A DNA stretch of 64,000 nt from Bacteroidaceae bacterium (GCA_024693505.1 JAILKU010000108.1:3115-67114); one strand, 5' to 3'. Shown: positions 33,418 through 43,800, counted from the first letter of the stretch. The notes: a model not told the origin generated them from the sequence alone. Numbers and translations: made by a program.

Positions 33418-34743
33418 TTAATTAATCTTGAATTTGCTAAACCACCGTTCGTTGAATGTCATGCCTACATTAATCATAAAGTAGTTCTCGCTAATCATCG
33501 TGTTAGAACTGGGAGCACGATGGAACCATTGGAGGCATACACTGAAGACAGACCTGTTGTTGTAGTTGTTTGTAATGGGCAGTCCTAAGCCCATTGTCAA
33601 ACCATACTCCTGCGGTCCGTCTAGTCCGTTTATTTTCAGGTATGGCGTAGAATAGTGCGCTCCTATGCGGTATTGTATGCGGTCGAAATAGCGCTTGTTA
33701 AGTGGGTTGGGTACATATTGTGCTCCTGCACTTATCTTGGTCCTGTTCTTGAAGGCTCCTTTCTCAGCGCTATATTCCAGGCTATTGCTTGTCGCTTTCA
33801 TTTGTGGCGTATGGCAAGCAGCCCATTGTTCCATCTTTATGTCGGCGGCTACCAGCAGACTTGGACCATGCTGCCATCCAGCACCGACTCCGAAGGTGTA
33901 GGGCATGTCGAAGGGATGCTCAGCAACAACTTGCAGGCTGTCTCCGCCTGATGTGTAGCGATTTAGGGTAACGTCGCTCCCTATCTTATGCCCGATACCG
34001 GCTGTGGCACCAATAGTGAGAATGTCTTTTGGGGTTATTTCTATAGGGTACTGCACACCGAGGTCCAGTTTGTATGTGCTGATATTTGCTTGGTGGTTTG
34101 AGTAAAGGGCACTATATCCGCTGGCCGTGCTGGTGCCGTCTTCGCTGAAGCTCTGAATGACGTTGTGGTTATATTCCCCCCACAGATAGCTGGCGTTGAT
34201 TCCTACTGAGAACTTGTCAAAAGGATTCCATCCCACACCTAAGTATATCTGATGCAATCCGCCGTCGCCTTTATAGCTGCTGGTGGAATATATGGGTTGG
34301 GTTGAGGTATATTCATTTGTAACCTTGCTTTCAGAGGAGAAGGAATAACCGATGGTGGAGAAGGGTACAAATCCGAATGAAAGACCAAGTCCCTTCGACA
34401 AGCGCAGTCCGGCATTTACAAAGTCAATGTTACAGTTGCGCACGTTTACGCTGTTCCCGTTCTGGCTCAGGTGGCCTAACGAGAAATTCATACCGGCATC
34501 GAAGATGAAGGAGAGCGAGTCAATGGCGGAGTACGAGGCCGGATTGGCCATGTTTACCCATTGGCCGGCCCTGAGGCCCAGTCCTACACCGGCCATACCC
34601 TTGTTGAAGCTCTGCGACTGGTCGTTCAGGGTACCCAATCCGAAACGTGAGTATGAGGAGTTGCTGCCGTTTGTCTGCGACTCTGCATTGATGCTGTATG
34701 CCACAAAGAGGGAAAGGGCGCAAATTCTTACGTATCTATTCAT
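33418..34743 (-). CDS. outer-membrane beta-barrel protein of unknown function
   Basis: 441 aa with signal peptide MNRYVRICALSLFVAYSINAESQ. Alternating aromatic and Gly-rich beta-strand pattern throughout. Confidence 0.6.
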   Translation of the reverse strand: MNRYVRICALSLFVAYSINAESQTNGSNSSYSRFGLGTLNDQSQSFNKGMAGVGLGLRAGQWVNMANPASYSAIDSLSFIFDAGMNFSLGHLSQNGNSVNVRNCNIDFVNAGLRLSKGLGLSFGFVPFSTIGYSFSSESKVTNEYTSTQPIYSTSSYKGDGGLHQIYLGVGWNPFDKFSVGINASYLWGEYNHNVIQSFSEDGTSTASGYSALYSNHQANISTYKLDLGVQYPIEITPKDILTIGATAGIGHKIGSDVTLNRYTSGGDSLQVVAEHPFDMPYTFGVGAGWQHGPSLLVAADIKMEQWAACHTPQMKATSNSLEYSAEKGAFKNRTKISAGAQYVPNPLNKRYFDRIQYRIGAHYSTPYLKINGLDGPQEYGLTMGLGLPITNNYNNRSVFSVCLQWFHRAPSSNTMISENYFMINVGMTFNERWFSKFKIN

Positions 34744-35461
34744 AGTTGAAGTCCAAAATCCTATTTAATCCTCTTGAAACGAGGTATTTGTCTGAGATGA
34801 TGCTGCTGATAATGGCTGTATCGAAGTTAATCTTGTCGCCGCCAGTCAGGAAGACAATGAGGTGGGGATACTTTGAGCGCATGGAGCGGATGTAGCCCTC
34901 TATCTCGTATTTCATGCCGCGCAGCACACCGGCTCGGATGGCGGTTTCCGTATTGTAGCCTATTCCTGGCACAGGTCCTTCAGCCGCCACTAACGGCAAC
35001 TTGGCTGTATGCTCGTGTAGGGCGCATAGCCTCATGTGCATACCTGGAGCAATATTCCCACCCCAGTAGTTTCCTCTTGCATCGATGACATCATAGGTGA
35101 TGCAGGTGCCTGCGTCTATAATCAGGATGTCCATCTTCGGCTTCAGCACGCTGGCTCCTACGGCTGCTGCCAGTCTGTCGGCGCCCAGTGTCTCTGGCGT
35201 GCGGTACTTGTTTCCGACTGGTACGGGAGTGTCGGGCGAGAAATGCAGGATGGGGAAGGGTAAATTGCGCAAAGCCTGTTCCGCAATTGCGGAAAGGCCT
35301 TTAACCGAACCGACAATGCCCTTCTCGAAATTGTACTTGCAGGCAAATGCAGCCAATCCTGCCAAGTCGTCACCCGAAGTGCGAACCTCCTCAATGGGCT
35401 CGTTTTTCTCAAATGCCACTAACTTGGCAACCGTATTTCCTATGTCAATTATCAGTTTCAC
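34736..35461 (-). CDS. coaX: type III pantothenate kinase
   Basis: (V)KLIIDIGNTVAKLVAF is the canonical CoaX N-terminus. The listed ORF opens with TTG at 35476, and I prefer GTG 35459-35461. Also ILIIDAGTCITYD and FLTGGD. Confidence 0.85.
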   Translation of the reverse strand: MKLIIDIGNTVAKLVAFEKNEPIEEVRTSGDDLAGLAAFACKYNFEKGIVGSVKGLSAIAEQALRNLPFPILHFSPDTPVPVGNKYRTPETLGADRLAAAVGASVLKPKMDILIIDAGTCITYDVIDARGNYWGGNIAPGMHMRLCALHEHTAKLPLVAAEGPVPGIGYNTETAIRAGVLRGMKYEIEGYIRSMRSKYPHLIVFLTGGDKINFDTAIISSIISDKYLVSRGLNRILDFNYE

Positions 35462-35465
35462 GGCG

Positions 35466-35473
35466 CAAAGGTA
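35466..35473 (-). promoter_or_regulatory. candidate -7 box (TACCTTTG on minus strand) for coaX, 4 nt from the GTG
   Basis: The plus strand reads CAAAGGTA. It is the only TAnnTTTG on this strand in the 70-bp divergent intergenic region. Confidence 0.4.
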
Positions 35474-35515
35474 CAACTTTTAGTTGAAAGACGAAAGTTT
35501 ATCAACTTTTTTGCG

Positions 35516-35523
35516 TATCTTTG
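35516..35523 (+). promoter_or_regulatory. candidate -7 box (TATCTTTG) for the Lnb-like gene, 7 nt from the ATG
   Basis: TATCTTTGCACCCCGATG. Confidence 0.4.
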
Positions 35524-35530
35524 CACCCCG

Positions 35531-36814
35531 ATGAGACGTTTTTTAGCATTTTTTATCGCTTTCGTGGCGATTTTTGCGGTTCGAGCGCAGCAATTAGACT
35601 CCATTCGGGTCAGTCTGCTGACGTGTTCGCCTGGTCCCAAAGTTTATTCACTTTATGGGCATACGGCTGTTCGCTGTCAGAATCTGACTCGCAATAAGGA
35701 CATTGTCTTCAATTATGGTGTCTTTTCTTTTGACCAGCCTCATTTTGTGTGGCACTTCGTTTTGGGACAATGCGACTATATGTTGGACGCTATGCCTTGG
35801 GAGGCTTTCGTCCATGAGTATCAAAGCCGAGGCTCCAGCGTGACAGCTCAGGTGCTGAACCTCACAACTCGTGAAGCCTTCAATTTTTACGTCAGGCTGA
35901 TTCGTAACTTGCAGCCCGACCAACGCGAATACCGATACAATTTTCTTTACAATAATTGTACCACAAAGGTGCGCGATGTGATAGAGGGCGTCGTAGAGGG
36001 AACTATCGAATACCCTCATCTGGAACCGCGTAATACTTATCGTCAGATCCTGCACCGATATACGGCCGGCTATCCTTGGGCGCAGGAGGGAAACGATTTC
36101 CTGCTGGGAGAAAACGTCGATACGGTGCTTAGCGCACGAGCCGAAATGTTTGCTCCGGAATACCTGATGAACTATGTGGACGGTGCTGTGGTTCGCGTTT
36201 CCAAGACAGAGGCTCGTCCGCTGGTATCTGAAACCACGGTTGTTGTGAAGAAATCTCAACAAACCGATTATTCTGATAATTCCGAATCTTCCGGATATTC
36301 TGGGTCTTCCAAGCTTTCAGCCTCATATACTTCGCCCAGGATGGCTTGTTGTATCTTTCTGCTTATCTGCCTTTTTGTCATGTGTGTGGAGCGATGGTGC
36401 AAGTTCATGTGGTGGGGCTGGGACTTTCTTCTCATGCTGGCGCACGGAATAGCAGGCCTGCTCATCACCTTTATGTTCTTCTTCTCCGAGCATCCGGCTG
36501 TTGATTCAAACTGGCTCATTTGGATTTTCAATCCATACCCCCTGATAGGTCTCCCCATCGTCATAAAAGCAGCAAGAAAGCATCAATATACCCCCTGGCA
36601 TACCATAAATTTTGTAATTTTAACATTATTTATATTATTTTCCCCTTGGATTCCACAAGATTTTGGGGATATGGTTGTACCTTTGGCACTGTCTTTGTTA
36701 ACTAGACCCGTTAGCTACCTGCTTCATTACCGTATTCGAGGCAGTGCGAAAGAGGTCCTGGTTGCAGAGTCTCCTAAACAAGTTAAGAAGAAAAAAGGAA
36801 AGAAAAATAAATGA
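35531..36814 (+). CDS. DUF4105-domain membrane protein, Lnb-like (candidate Bacteroidota lipoprotein N-acyltransferase)
   Basis: 427 aa. Signal peptide, a periplasmic DUF4105-like domain (VYSLYGHTAVRCQN..VFNYGVFSF) and about 5 C-terminal TM helices. Confidence 0.6.
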   Translation: MRRFLAFFIAFVAIFAVRAQQLDSIRVSLLTCSPGPKVYSLYGHTAVRCQNLTRNKDIVFNYGVFSFDQPHFVWHFVLGQCDYMLDAMPWEAFVHEYQSRGSSVTAQVLNLTTREAFNFYVRLIRNLQPDQREYRYNFLYNNCTTKVRDVIEGVVEGTIEYPHLEPRNTYRQILHRYTAGYPWAQEGNDFLLGENVDTVLSARAEMFAPEYLMNYVDGAVVRVSKTEARPLVSETTVVVKKSQQTDYSDNSESSGYSGSSKLSASYTSPRMACCIFLLICLFVMCVERWCKFMWWGWDFLLMLAHGIAGLLITFMFFFSEHPAVDSNWLIWIFNPYPLIGLPIVIKAARKHQYTPWHTINFVILTLFILFSPWIPQDFGDMVVPLALSLLTRPVSYLLHYRIRGSAKEVLVAESPKQVKKKKGKKNK

Positions 36815-38409
36815 ATACAAGAGCGAATAAATTACTCTCAACCGTCATCCTGCTGATGACTGTCGTAGGTGTTGACGCACAGACTGCGCCCGAGGTGCCT
36901 CGCCTGGTGGTTAACATCATGATAGATCAACTGCGAACAGACTACATGGAAGCCTTCTCGCCCCTTTATTCGGGTCAGGGCTTCCTGCGGCTGATGAAGC
37001 AGGGCCACATGTTCTCTCAGGCTGAGTATCCCTTCGACACTCCCGACCGTGCTTCGGCCGCAGCCTGTCTGGCCAGCGGAACCAGCCCCTATGTGAATGG
37101 CGTAGTGGGTGAGGTGTGGCTGGACCGTCAGACCCTGCAGCCCGTTTATTGCGTGGACGACAAGAACTTCGCCGGTTCGCAGACATCGGATGCCACCTCG
37201 CCGCTCTATCTGGCTGTCTCCACCCTGGGCGATGAGCTGAAGGTCTCTACCGAAGGGCGTGGGATGGTCATCTCGATTGCTCCCAACCGCGATGCGGCTG
37301 TGCTCAGTGCGGGTCATGCTGCCGATGCCGCACTTTGGATCGACGATCAGACAGGCCGATGGTGCAGCACCACATATTATGGGGACTACCCTCAGTGGGC
37401 AACTGAGTACGAGGCGAAGTCCTCGCTATCCAAACGTATAGGCAGTATCACCTGGACGCCGGTCAATGAGTCTGTAGGTAACTTCAATTACTTCGTCTCC
37501 GGCACGGCGGGCAAGCCTTTCAACCACAAGTTCTCCGGGGATCGCAGGTTCCGCGAGTTTAAGGCCAGCGCCTGTGTCAACGAGGAGGTCACCAACTTCG
37601 TGAAGCAGGCCATAAAGGGCACTACGATTGGTATGGATGGCGTGTCCGATCTGCTCAACGTGACCTATTATGCAGGCAACTACGACCACCAGAGTGTGGG
37701 AAGCTATCCCATAGAGATCCAGGATACTTACGTCCGTTTAGACTATCAGATAGCCGAGCTCATCAATGCCGTCGAGAATCGGGTAGGAGAGGGGAAGGCC
37801 CTCTTCGTCATCACCAGCTCGGGCTATGCCGACACGGAGGATGCCACCGACCTCAGCAAGTACCGCATTCCCTCGGGCACCTTCTCAATCAGCCGCGCCC
37901 AGTTGTTGCTGAATATGTACCTCATTGCCGTCTATGGCGAGGGTCAGTACGTCGAGGCCAGCCGCGAGAATGAACTCTACCTGAACCTGAAGCTCATCGA
38001 GGAGCGCAACCTGAACCTTGCCGAGGTGCTCGAACGATGCAGTGATTTCCTCATCCAGCTGAGCGGCGTACGCGACGTCTATAGCAGCCAGCGACTTGCA
38101 CTCGGTGCATGGACGCCCGGTATCAGCAAACTTCGCAATGCCTACAATCCTAAGTGTTCGGGTGACATCCTCATTCAGGTATCGCCCGGCTGGACGCTTG
38201 TCAACGAGACCACTCACGAGCAGATCATCACCCGCGAGTCCTATATGGGATTCCCCCTCTTCTTCTTCGGATGCAAACTGCCGGCGCAGGTCAACAATAC
38301 GCCTGTTACGGTCGATCGCGTGGCGCCCACCTTGGCCAAGGTGATGCGCATCCGGGCGCCCAATGCGTGCAGCCTGGCTCCACTGCCGGGCGTGCAGATG
38401 CAACAGTAG
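36811..38409 (+). CDS. alkaline phosphatase family protein (nucleotide pyrophosphatase/phosphodiesterase-like)
   Basis: 532 aa whose ATG overlaps the upstream TGA (ATGA 36811-36814). Signal peptide and metal-site motif VVNIMIDQLRTDYM. Confidence 0.7.
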   Translation: MNTRANKLLSTVILLMTVVGVDAQTAPEVPRLVVNIMIDQLRTDYMEAFSPLYSGQGFLRLMKQGHMFSQAEYPFDTPDRASAAACLASGTSPYVNGVVGEVWLDRQTLQPVYCVDDKNFAGSQTSDATSPLYLAVSTLGDELKVSTEGRGMVISIAPNRDAAVLSAGHAADAALWIDDQTGRWCSTTYYGDYPQWATEYEAKSSLSKRIGSITWTPVNESVGNFNYFVSGTAGKPFNHKFSGDRRFREFKASACVNEEVTNFVKQAIKGTTIGMDGVSDLLNVTYYAGNYDHQSVGSYPIEIQDTYVRLDYQIAELINAVENRVGEGKALFVITSSGYADTEDATDLSKYRIPSGTFSISRAQLLLNMYLIAVYGEGQYVEASRENELYLNLKLIEERNLNLAEVLERCSDFLIQLSGVRDVYSSQRLALGAWTPGISKLRNAYNPKCSGDILIQVSPGWTLVNETTHEQIITRESYMGFPLFFFGCKLPAQVNNTPVTVDRVAPTLAKVMRIRAPNACSLAPLPGVQMQQ

Positions 38410-38464
38410 AGAATCGATAGGACAAGAATACATCACACATACATAACGCATACATATTTATATA

Positions 38465-41400
38465 ATGGATTTTTCCCAGATATTAGTCAAAATCTTCGGC
38501 GACAAGAAGTCCCGAGACCTTAAGGCCTACCGTCCCTTGGTGGAGATGGTACTGAAGGCCTATCCCCAGATACAGGCACTCAGCAACGATGAGCTGCGTG
38601 CCCGTTCACAAGAAATCAGACAGCACGTGCTGGATGCCGTTTCCGACCTGCGCAGTCAGATAGACGAGCTGAAGGCGCGCATTCCGGAAACCGACATACA
38701 GGACCGTGCCCCTATCTTCACCCAGATTGATAAGCTTGAGAAGGATGTACTCGAGCGCTTTGAGGTCGTCCTCGATGAGGTGCGTCCCGAGGTGTTCGCC
38801 ATCGTGAAGCGTACGGCAGAGCTCTTTGCCACCAACGAGACGGTGGTGGTGACGGCCAACGACTTTGACCGCGAGCTTGCTGCCCGCCATGATTTCGTAG
38901 ACATCGAGGGCGACAAGGCCGTCTATCACAATCACTGGGTGGCAGGCGGCAACGACCTTAAGTGGGACATGATACACTTCGACGTGCAGCTCTTCGGTGG
39001 AACGGTGCTCCATCAGGGCAAGATAGCCGAGATGTTTACGGGTGAGGGTAAGACCTTGACCGCCACCCTGCCCGTTTTCCTGAACGCACTTACCGGCAAC
39101 GGCGTGCATGTTGTTACCGTTAATGACTACCTGGCCAAGCGCGACTCGGAGTGGATGGGCCCCATTTATATGTTCCATGGCCTGAGCGTAGATTGCATCG
39201 ACAAGCATCAGCCGAACAGCGAGGCACGCCGCCGTGCCTACTCCGCTGATATTACGTTTGGTACGAACAACGAGTTTGGCTTCGACTACCTGCGCGACAA
39301 CATGGCGCAGAGTCCGAAGGACCTCGTGCAGCGCTCCCACAACTACGCCATCGTCGATGAGGTGGACTCCGTGCTCATCGATGATGCTCGCACCCCCCTC
39401 ATCATCAGCGGTCCTGTTCCCAAGGGCGACGACCAGCAGTTCGAGGAGTATCAGCCACTGGTGGAGCGGCTCGTCGGCGTGCAGCGTCAGCTTGCCACAC
39501 AATACCTGGCCGATGCCAAGCGCATGATTGCCGAGGGCACAGAGAGTGCAGACAAGCAGAAGACCGCCGATGGTTTCCTCGCACTCTTTCGCAGCCACAA
39601 GGCGCTGCCCAAGAACAAGCCCCTCATCAAGTTCCTGAGCGAACCGGGCATCAAGGCCGGCATGCTCAGCACCGAGGAGATATACATGGAGAACAACAAT
39701 CGTCGCATGCCCGAGGCAACCGACCCGCTTTATTTCGTGGTGGACGAGAAGCTGAACAGCGTTGACCTCACCGACAAGGGCAACGAGTGGCTCGCCTCGC
39801 AGGTTAACGACCCCGATCTCTTCATCCTGCCCGACATTGCTACGACTATGTCGCAAATCGAGGCGTCCGGCCTCTCGGAAGAGGAGATACTGGAGCAGAA
39901 GGATAAGGTTTATAACGACTACGCTACCAAGAGCGAGCGCGTGCATACCATCCAGCAGTTGCTGAAGGCCTACACGATGTTCAACCTGAACGACGAGTAC
40001 GTCATCCAGGACGGCGAGATTAAGATTGTCGATGAGCAGACGGGCCGTATCATGGAAGGACGACGCTGGAGCGACGGACTGCATCAGGCAGTCGAGGCCA
40101 AGGAGCACGTCAAGGTGCAGGCCGCCACGCAGACCTACGCCACCATCACACTGCAGAACTATTTCCGCATGTATCACAAGTTGGCTGGTATGACGGGTAC
40201 GGCCGTCACCGAGGCCGGCGAGTTCTGGGACATCTACAAGCTCGACGTTGTCGAGGTGCCCACCAACCGCAAGGTCATCCGCGACGACATGAACGACCGC
40301 ATCTACAAGACGCAGCGTGAGAAATACAAAGCTGTCATCGAGGAGGTTGAGAAGATGCGCACCAGCGGACGACCCGTCCTTGTGGGTACCACCAGTGTGG
40401 AGATCTCCGAGATGTTGAGTAAGATGCTGCAGATGCGCAAGATACCACACCAGGTGCTGAATGCCAAGCTCCACCAGAAGGAGGCCGACATCGTGGCGTT
40501 GGCAGGACAGAGTGCGCCTGGCACAGTCTATGTGGCCACCGACGGACGGGCGTTCAACGAGCGCAGCGCGGCTAATGCCTACCAGGCGCGTATCGAGGCT
40601 GAGGCTGCCAAGAAGGAGAAGCGCGAGCCGCGCGATGCCACCCAGCTCGTCACAAGCGAGGAACGGCTGCTCGGTACCGTTACCATAGCCACCAACATGG
40701 CCGGCCGTGGTACGGATATCAAGCTCGCGCCCGAGGTGAAGAAAGCGGGCGGTCTGGCCATCGTCGGTACCGAGCGTCATGAGAGCCGCCGCGTCGACCG
40801 TCAGCTCCGCGGACGTTCTGGACGTCAGGGCGACCCCGGCAGCAGCGTCTTCTTCGTCTCGCTCGAGGACAAGCTGATGCGTCTCTTCGCCAGCGAGCGT
40901 ATCGCAAAGGTGATGGACCGCCTCGGCTTCGAGGAAGGTGAGATGATCGAGCACCCCATGATTACGCGCAGTATCGAGAACGCGCAGAAGAAGGTGGAGG
41001 AAAACCACTTCGGTGTCCGAAAGCGTCTGCTCGAGTACGACGACGTGATGAACAAGCAGCGCACCGTCATCTATGAGAAGCGCCGCCACGCCTTGATGGG
41101 CGAGCGTTTGGGTATGGACATAAGCGATATGATCTGGGACCGTGTCTGCCACATCATGGAGAACAACGACTACTCCGGATGCCGCCAGCGCTTCCTGGAG
41201 ATACTGGCCATGGAGTTCCCCCTGACGCAGGAGCAGTTTGAGAACGGCAAGCTCGACGACCTGGCCGAGGAGGTCTATCAGAAAGTGCTCGAGCGCTTCA
41301 AGCAGAAGACCGACATCATGGCCGCCAACGCATACCGCGTCATCAAGGTCATCTACGAGAACAATCGCGAGCAGATTACCGACGAGATGGTTATAGGCGT

Positions 41401-41941
41401 TCCCGTCGTGGCCGGCAATCGGCAGTACGGCACGCAGGCCAACATCGTGGAGGCATACAATACCGAGTGCCGCAGTGTCGTGACCGCCTTCCACAAGGCC
41501 CTCATCCTGCACACCATAGACGAGGCGTGGAAGGAGAACCTCCGCCTGCTGGACGAACTGAAGCACAGCGTGCACAACGCCAGCTACGAACAGAAGGATC
41601 CGCTGCTCATCTTCAAGCTCGAGAGCGTGAAGCTCTTCGACGACATGGTGAACACCATCAACGACCGCACCGTGTCCATCATCATGCGCGCCATGATTCC
41701 CGAGCTGAATGTGCAGACAGAGCCCTCGCGCCAGCAGGCTGCTCCCCAGCAGCGCAGGCCGCAGTATCAGGAGTCCCGAGGCGAAATGACAGACGCCGCC
41801 CAGCAGCAGGCTGCAGCCCGAGACACCCGCGACCGTCAGCCCGTGCAACCCATCCGGGTCGAGAAACTCCCCGGCCGCAATGATCCTTGTCCATGCGGCA
41901 GCGGCAAGAAGTTCAAGCAGTGCCACGGTCGCAACCTGTAA
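38465..41941 (+). CDS. secA: preprotein translocase ATPase SecA
   Basis: 1158 aa. Motifs [49 protein letters not shown] and the C-terminal zinc motif [14 protein letters not shown]. Confidence 0.95.
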   Translation: MDFSQILVKIFGDKKSRDLKAYRPLVEMVLKAYPQIQALSNDELRARSQEIRQHVLDAVSDLRSQIDELKARIPETDIQDRAPIFTQIDKLEKDVLERFEVVLDEVRPEVFAIVKRTAELFATNETVVVTANDFDRELAARHDFVDIEGDKAVYHNHWVAGGNDLKWDMIHFDVQLFGGTVLHQGKIAEMFTGEGKTLTATLPVFLNALTGNGVHVVTVNDYLAKRDSEWMGPIYMFHGLSVDCIDKHQPNSEARRRAYSADITFGTNNEFGFDYLRDNMAQSPKDLVQRSHNYAIVDEVDSVLIDDARTPLIISGPVPKGDDQQFEEYQPLVERLVGVQRQLATQYLADAKRMIAEGTESADKQKTADGFLALFRSHKALPKNKPLIKFLSEPGIKAGMLSTEEIYMENNNRRMPEATDPLYFVVDEKLNSVDLTDKGNEWLASQVNDPDLFILPDIATTMSQIEASGLSEEEILEQKDKVYNDYATKSERVHTIQQLLKAYTMFNLNDEYVIQDGEIKIVDEQTGRIMEGRRWSDGLHQAVEAKEHVKVQAATQTYATITLQNYFRMYHKLAGMTGTAVTEAGEFWDIYKLDVVEVPTNRKVIRDDMNDRIYKTQREKYKAVIEEVEKMRTSGRPVLVGTTSVEISEMLSKMLQMRKIPHQVLNAKLHQKEADIVALAGQSAPGTVYVATDGRAFNERSAANAYQARIEAEAAKKEKREPRDATQLVTSEERLLGTVTIATNMAGRGTDIKLAPEVKKAGGLAIVGTERHESRRVDRQLRGRSGRQGDPGSSVFFVSLEDKLMRLFASERIAKVMDRLGFEEGEMIEHPMITRSIENAQKKVEENHFGVRKRLLEYDDVMNKQRTVIYEKRRHALMGERLGMDISDMIWDRVCHIMENNDYSGCRQRFLEILAMEFPLTQEQFENGKLDDLAEEVYQKVLERFKQKTDIMAANAYRVIKVIYENNREQITDEMVIGVPVVAGNRQYGTQANIVEAYNTECRSVVTAFHKALILHTIDEAWKENLRLLDELKHSVHNASYEQKDPLLIFKLESVKLFDDMVNTINDRTVSIIMRAMIPELNVQTEPSRQQAAPQQRRPQYQESRGEMTDAAQQQAAARDTRDRQPVQPIRVEKLPGRNDPCPCGSGKKFKQCHGRNL

Positions 41942-41960
41942 GGCAACTCCCGGTGCTTCA

Positions 41961-42049
41961 GATTATTAAGAAAACTCCGATTATTAAGAAAACTCCGATT
42001 ATTAAGAAAACTCCGATTATTCAGAAAACTCCGATTCTTCTGTTATTCC
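41961..42049. repeat. about 5 tandem copies of an 18-nt unit
   Basis: GATTATTAAGAAAACTCC three times (41961-42014), GATTATTCAGAAAACTCC (42015-32), then a degenerate copy. Confidence 0.85.
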
Positions 42050-42070
42050 GATAAAAAAGACTTAACCGAT

Positions 42071-42511
42071 ATGACAGCAAGTCAGCAAACCATTCAGCAA
42101 ATTGAGCGGGCCATCAGGAAGGTGGCCGCCAACTTCCCCAAGGAAGCAGAACCAGTTCTCACCGACATCCATCTGTGGGTAAATCCCTACACGGGCGAGA
42201 TACGTTCCTACAACGACGACGATGAGGAACTGGACCGCTGCGTGGTTGAGGAGTGGATAAAGAGTCCTCAGGAAGATTTCTACGAGCGTGTGGCCCCCGT
42301 ACTGCGCCAGTGCATAGAACAGATGCGTCCTGTCGTCGAGCAGATGAGCATTATGCGCCCCTTCTCGTTTGTGCTCATCGACGAGGATCACGAGACGCTT
42401 CAGGACCTTGTCATCATTGACGACGAGCAAACCGTCGTTCTCGGCGGCACACTCCTGAAGGGACTGGAAAAGGACCTAGACGACTTCCTCCAGAAACTCC
42501 TGGCCGAGTAA
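42071..42511 (+). CDS. small acidic hypothetical protein
   Basis: 146-aa ORF starting with ATG, with codon usage like its neighbours. No family recognised. Confidence 0.6.
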   Translation: MTASQQTIQQIERAIRKVAANFPKEAEPVLTDIHLWVNPYTGEIRSYNDDDEELDRCVVEEWIKSPQEDFYERVAPVLRQCIEQMRPVVEQMSIMRPFSFVLIDEDHETLQDLVIIDDEQTVVLGGTLLKGLEKDLDDFLQKLLAE

Positions 42512-42554
42512 TCGGGAGCCTTTTAACGCTAACTTTAACAAAAATGTATAGGGG

Positions 42555-43772
42555 TTAAGGGGTGCGCCAGCTCCATAGGGTGGGGCAGATGCGGAGATAG
42601 AGACCGAAGGAGAAATTGAATTCCTGGTGAGAGGGTTGAGTAGCGCTCCGGCCGGTCCAGCATTGGAAGGCCTCGACCTCAGCTCCCAATATGTAGTGGC
42701 GGGCGAAGGTGTAGTGATAGTCGGCGCGGACGTATGAGGTACTCAGTCCGCGATGGCTTTCTCCGTCGCGGATGCTGATAGTGCTAAAGAATGGGTTGCC
42801 GTAGAGACTGACGAAGTGGCGGGGGGCTCGAAAGAAGCCGCCCTCGAGGGTGAGGCTGTCCCATAGGTTGACGCCCGTCGAGGCATGGAAGGCGGCACCT
42901 GTATCGAAGGGCCAGAAATGTCCGCTCTGCTGCCAGGTGCCTAACAGGCTTGCCTCGGCATGAAATCGACGGAGAGCAGGGCGGGTGAAGTGCCAGCGCA
43001 AGCCAGCGCCCACCGAGGCGTTGCAGAGCGTCTGCACGCCCAGGGCCGTGGTGTCCTGCTCGCCGCCCCGGTGCTGGATGATCAGGTTAAGGGGCAGGTA
43101 CCACTCAACGGGAGCGTCCAGTCGTCCTGGCCTAACCTGCCAGCTGGCGCCTACCGTAAAGGCCTCCTGGTGGCTGTCCTCCTCGAAGATATAACTCTGC
43201 CAGTTGAGCCAGGTATCGGCATGCAGACGGCGGCGGTCCCACAGAAGCTGAAAGCCCATCTCTGGGTCTTCGCTCAAGTTGTGTTCCTGGTTGAAGAGCG
43301 GGCGAATCAGGCGGTGGTTCTGTGCACCGTATATATCGCCCAGCACGACGGTCAGATTTCTGAACTCGGCCTGTGCGCGGAACCAGGGCAGGAGATGCGC
43401 TCCCTTTTGGTACTGCTGTCCCTTCCAGCGGGCGATGTCGTGGTAGGCATAGCATGGGTACTTGTTGGCACCGTCATAGATGAGTGCGTGGAGGCCAAGC
43501 TGGAGGTCAATCTGCCGTAAGGGGGTATAGGCCACATGGGGTCGCACCCAAAGGCCGGGCAGCGAGTATCCTTTGGTGAGCTGACTGCTGTATTCGTTGT
43601 CACGGAAGAAACTGATGTTGTCGAGCCCGATGCACAGCGTGTGTACCTGACTGCTGTCGATGCGGTAATCGCTGGTAGCCAGACGATCCCACATTTGAGC
43701 GTGCGCCGCACACGGCATCAGGCAGAGGGTGACAAGTAACCTCACCAAAAGCCTCACTCCAAATGGCCTCAC
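42555..43772 (-). CDS. outer-membrane beta-barrel-like hypothetical protein
   Basis: A signal peptide (RPFGVRLLVRLLVTLCLMPCAAHAQ) fits a GTG start at 43770-43772. The longer ATG ORF (to 43832) would add 20 aa that span a hairpin. The start is uncertain. Confidence 0.6.
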   Translation of the reverse strand: MRPFGVRLLVRLLVTLCLMPCAAHAQMWDRLATSDYRIDSSQVHTLCIGLDNISFFRDNEYSSQLTKGYSLPGLWVRPHVAYTPLRQIDLQLGLHALIYDGANKYPCYAYHDIARWKGQQYQKGAHLLPWFRAQAEFRNLTVVLGDIYGAQNHRLIRPLFNQEHNLSEDPEMGFQLLWDRRRLHADTWLNWQSYIFEEDSHQEAFTVGASWQVRPGRLDAPVEWYLPLNLIIQHRGGEQDTTALGVQTLCNASVGAGLRWHFTRPALRRFHAEASLLGTWQQSGHFWPFDTGAAFHASTGVNLWDSLTLEGGFFRAPRHFVSLYGNPFFSTISIRDGESHRGLSTSYVRADYHYTFARHYILGAEVEAFQCWTGRSATQPSHQEFNFSFGLYLRICPTLWSWRTP

Positions 43773-43778
43773 CTCCGA

Positions 43779-43800
43779 CCCCTCTCCGAATAGAGAGGGG
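43779..43800 (-). terminator. 8-bp hairpin downstream of dedA (weak, no U-run)
   Basis: CCCCTCTC / GAGAGGGG with a 6-nt loop. Confidence 0.3.

Noticed and set aside
38606-41926. Very long antisense ORFs opposite real genes: 1106 aa opposite secA; also 8965-10851 (nifJ), 14077-15393 (proS), 15956-17860 and 18098-19879 (giant gene), 22316-23143 and 23147-23992 (GH140-like), 26752-28401 (LTA-synthase-family), 58094-59878 and 60390-61670.
   Set aside because: They are shadow ORFs caused by GC-rich third-position codon bias on the coding strand. Their translations are Arg/Gly/Ala/His-rich low-information sequence without motifs. The opposite strand carries unmistakable family signatures in every case.
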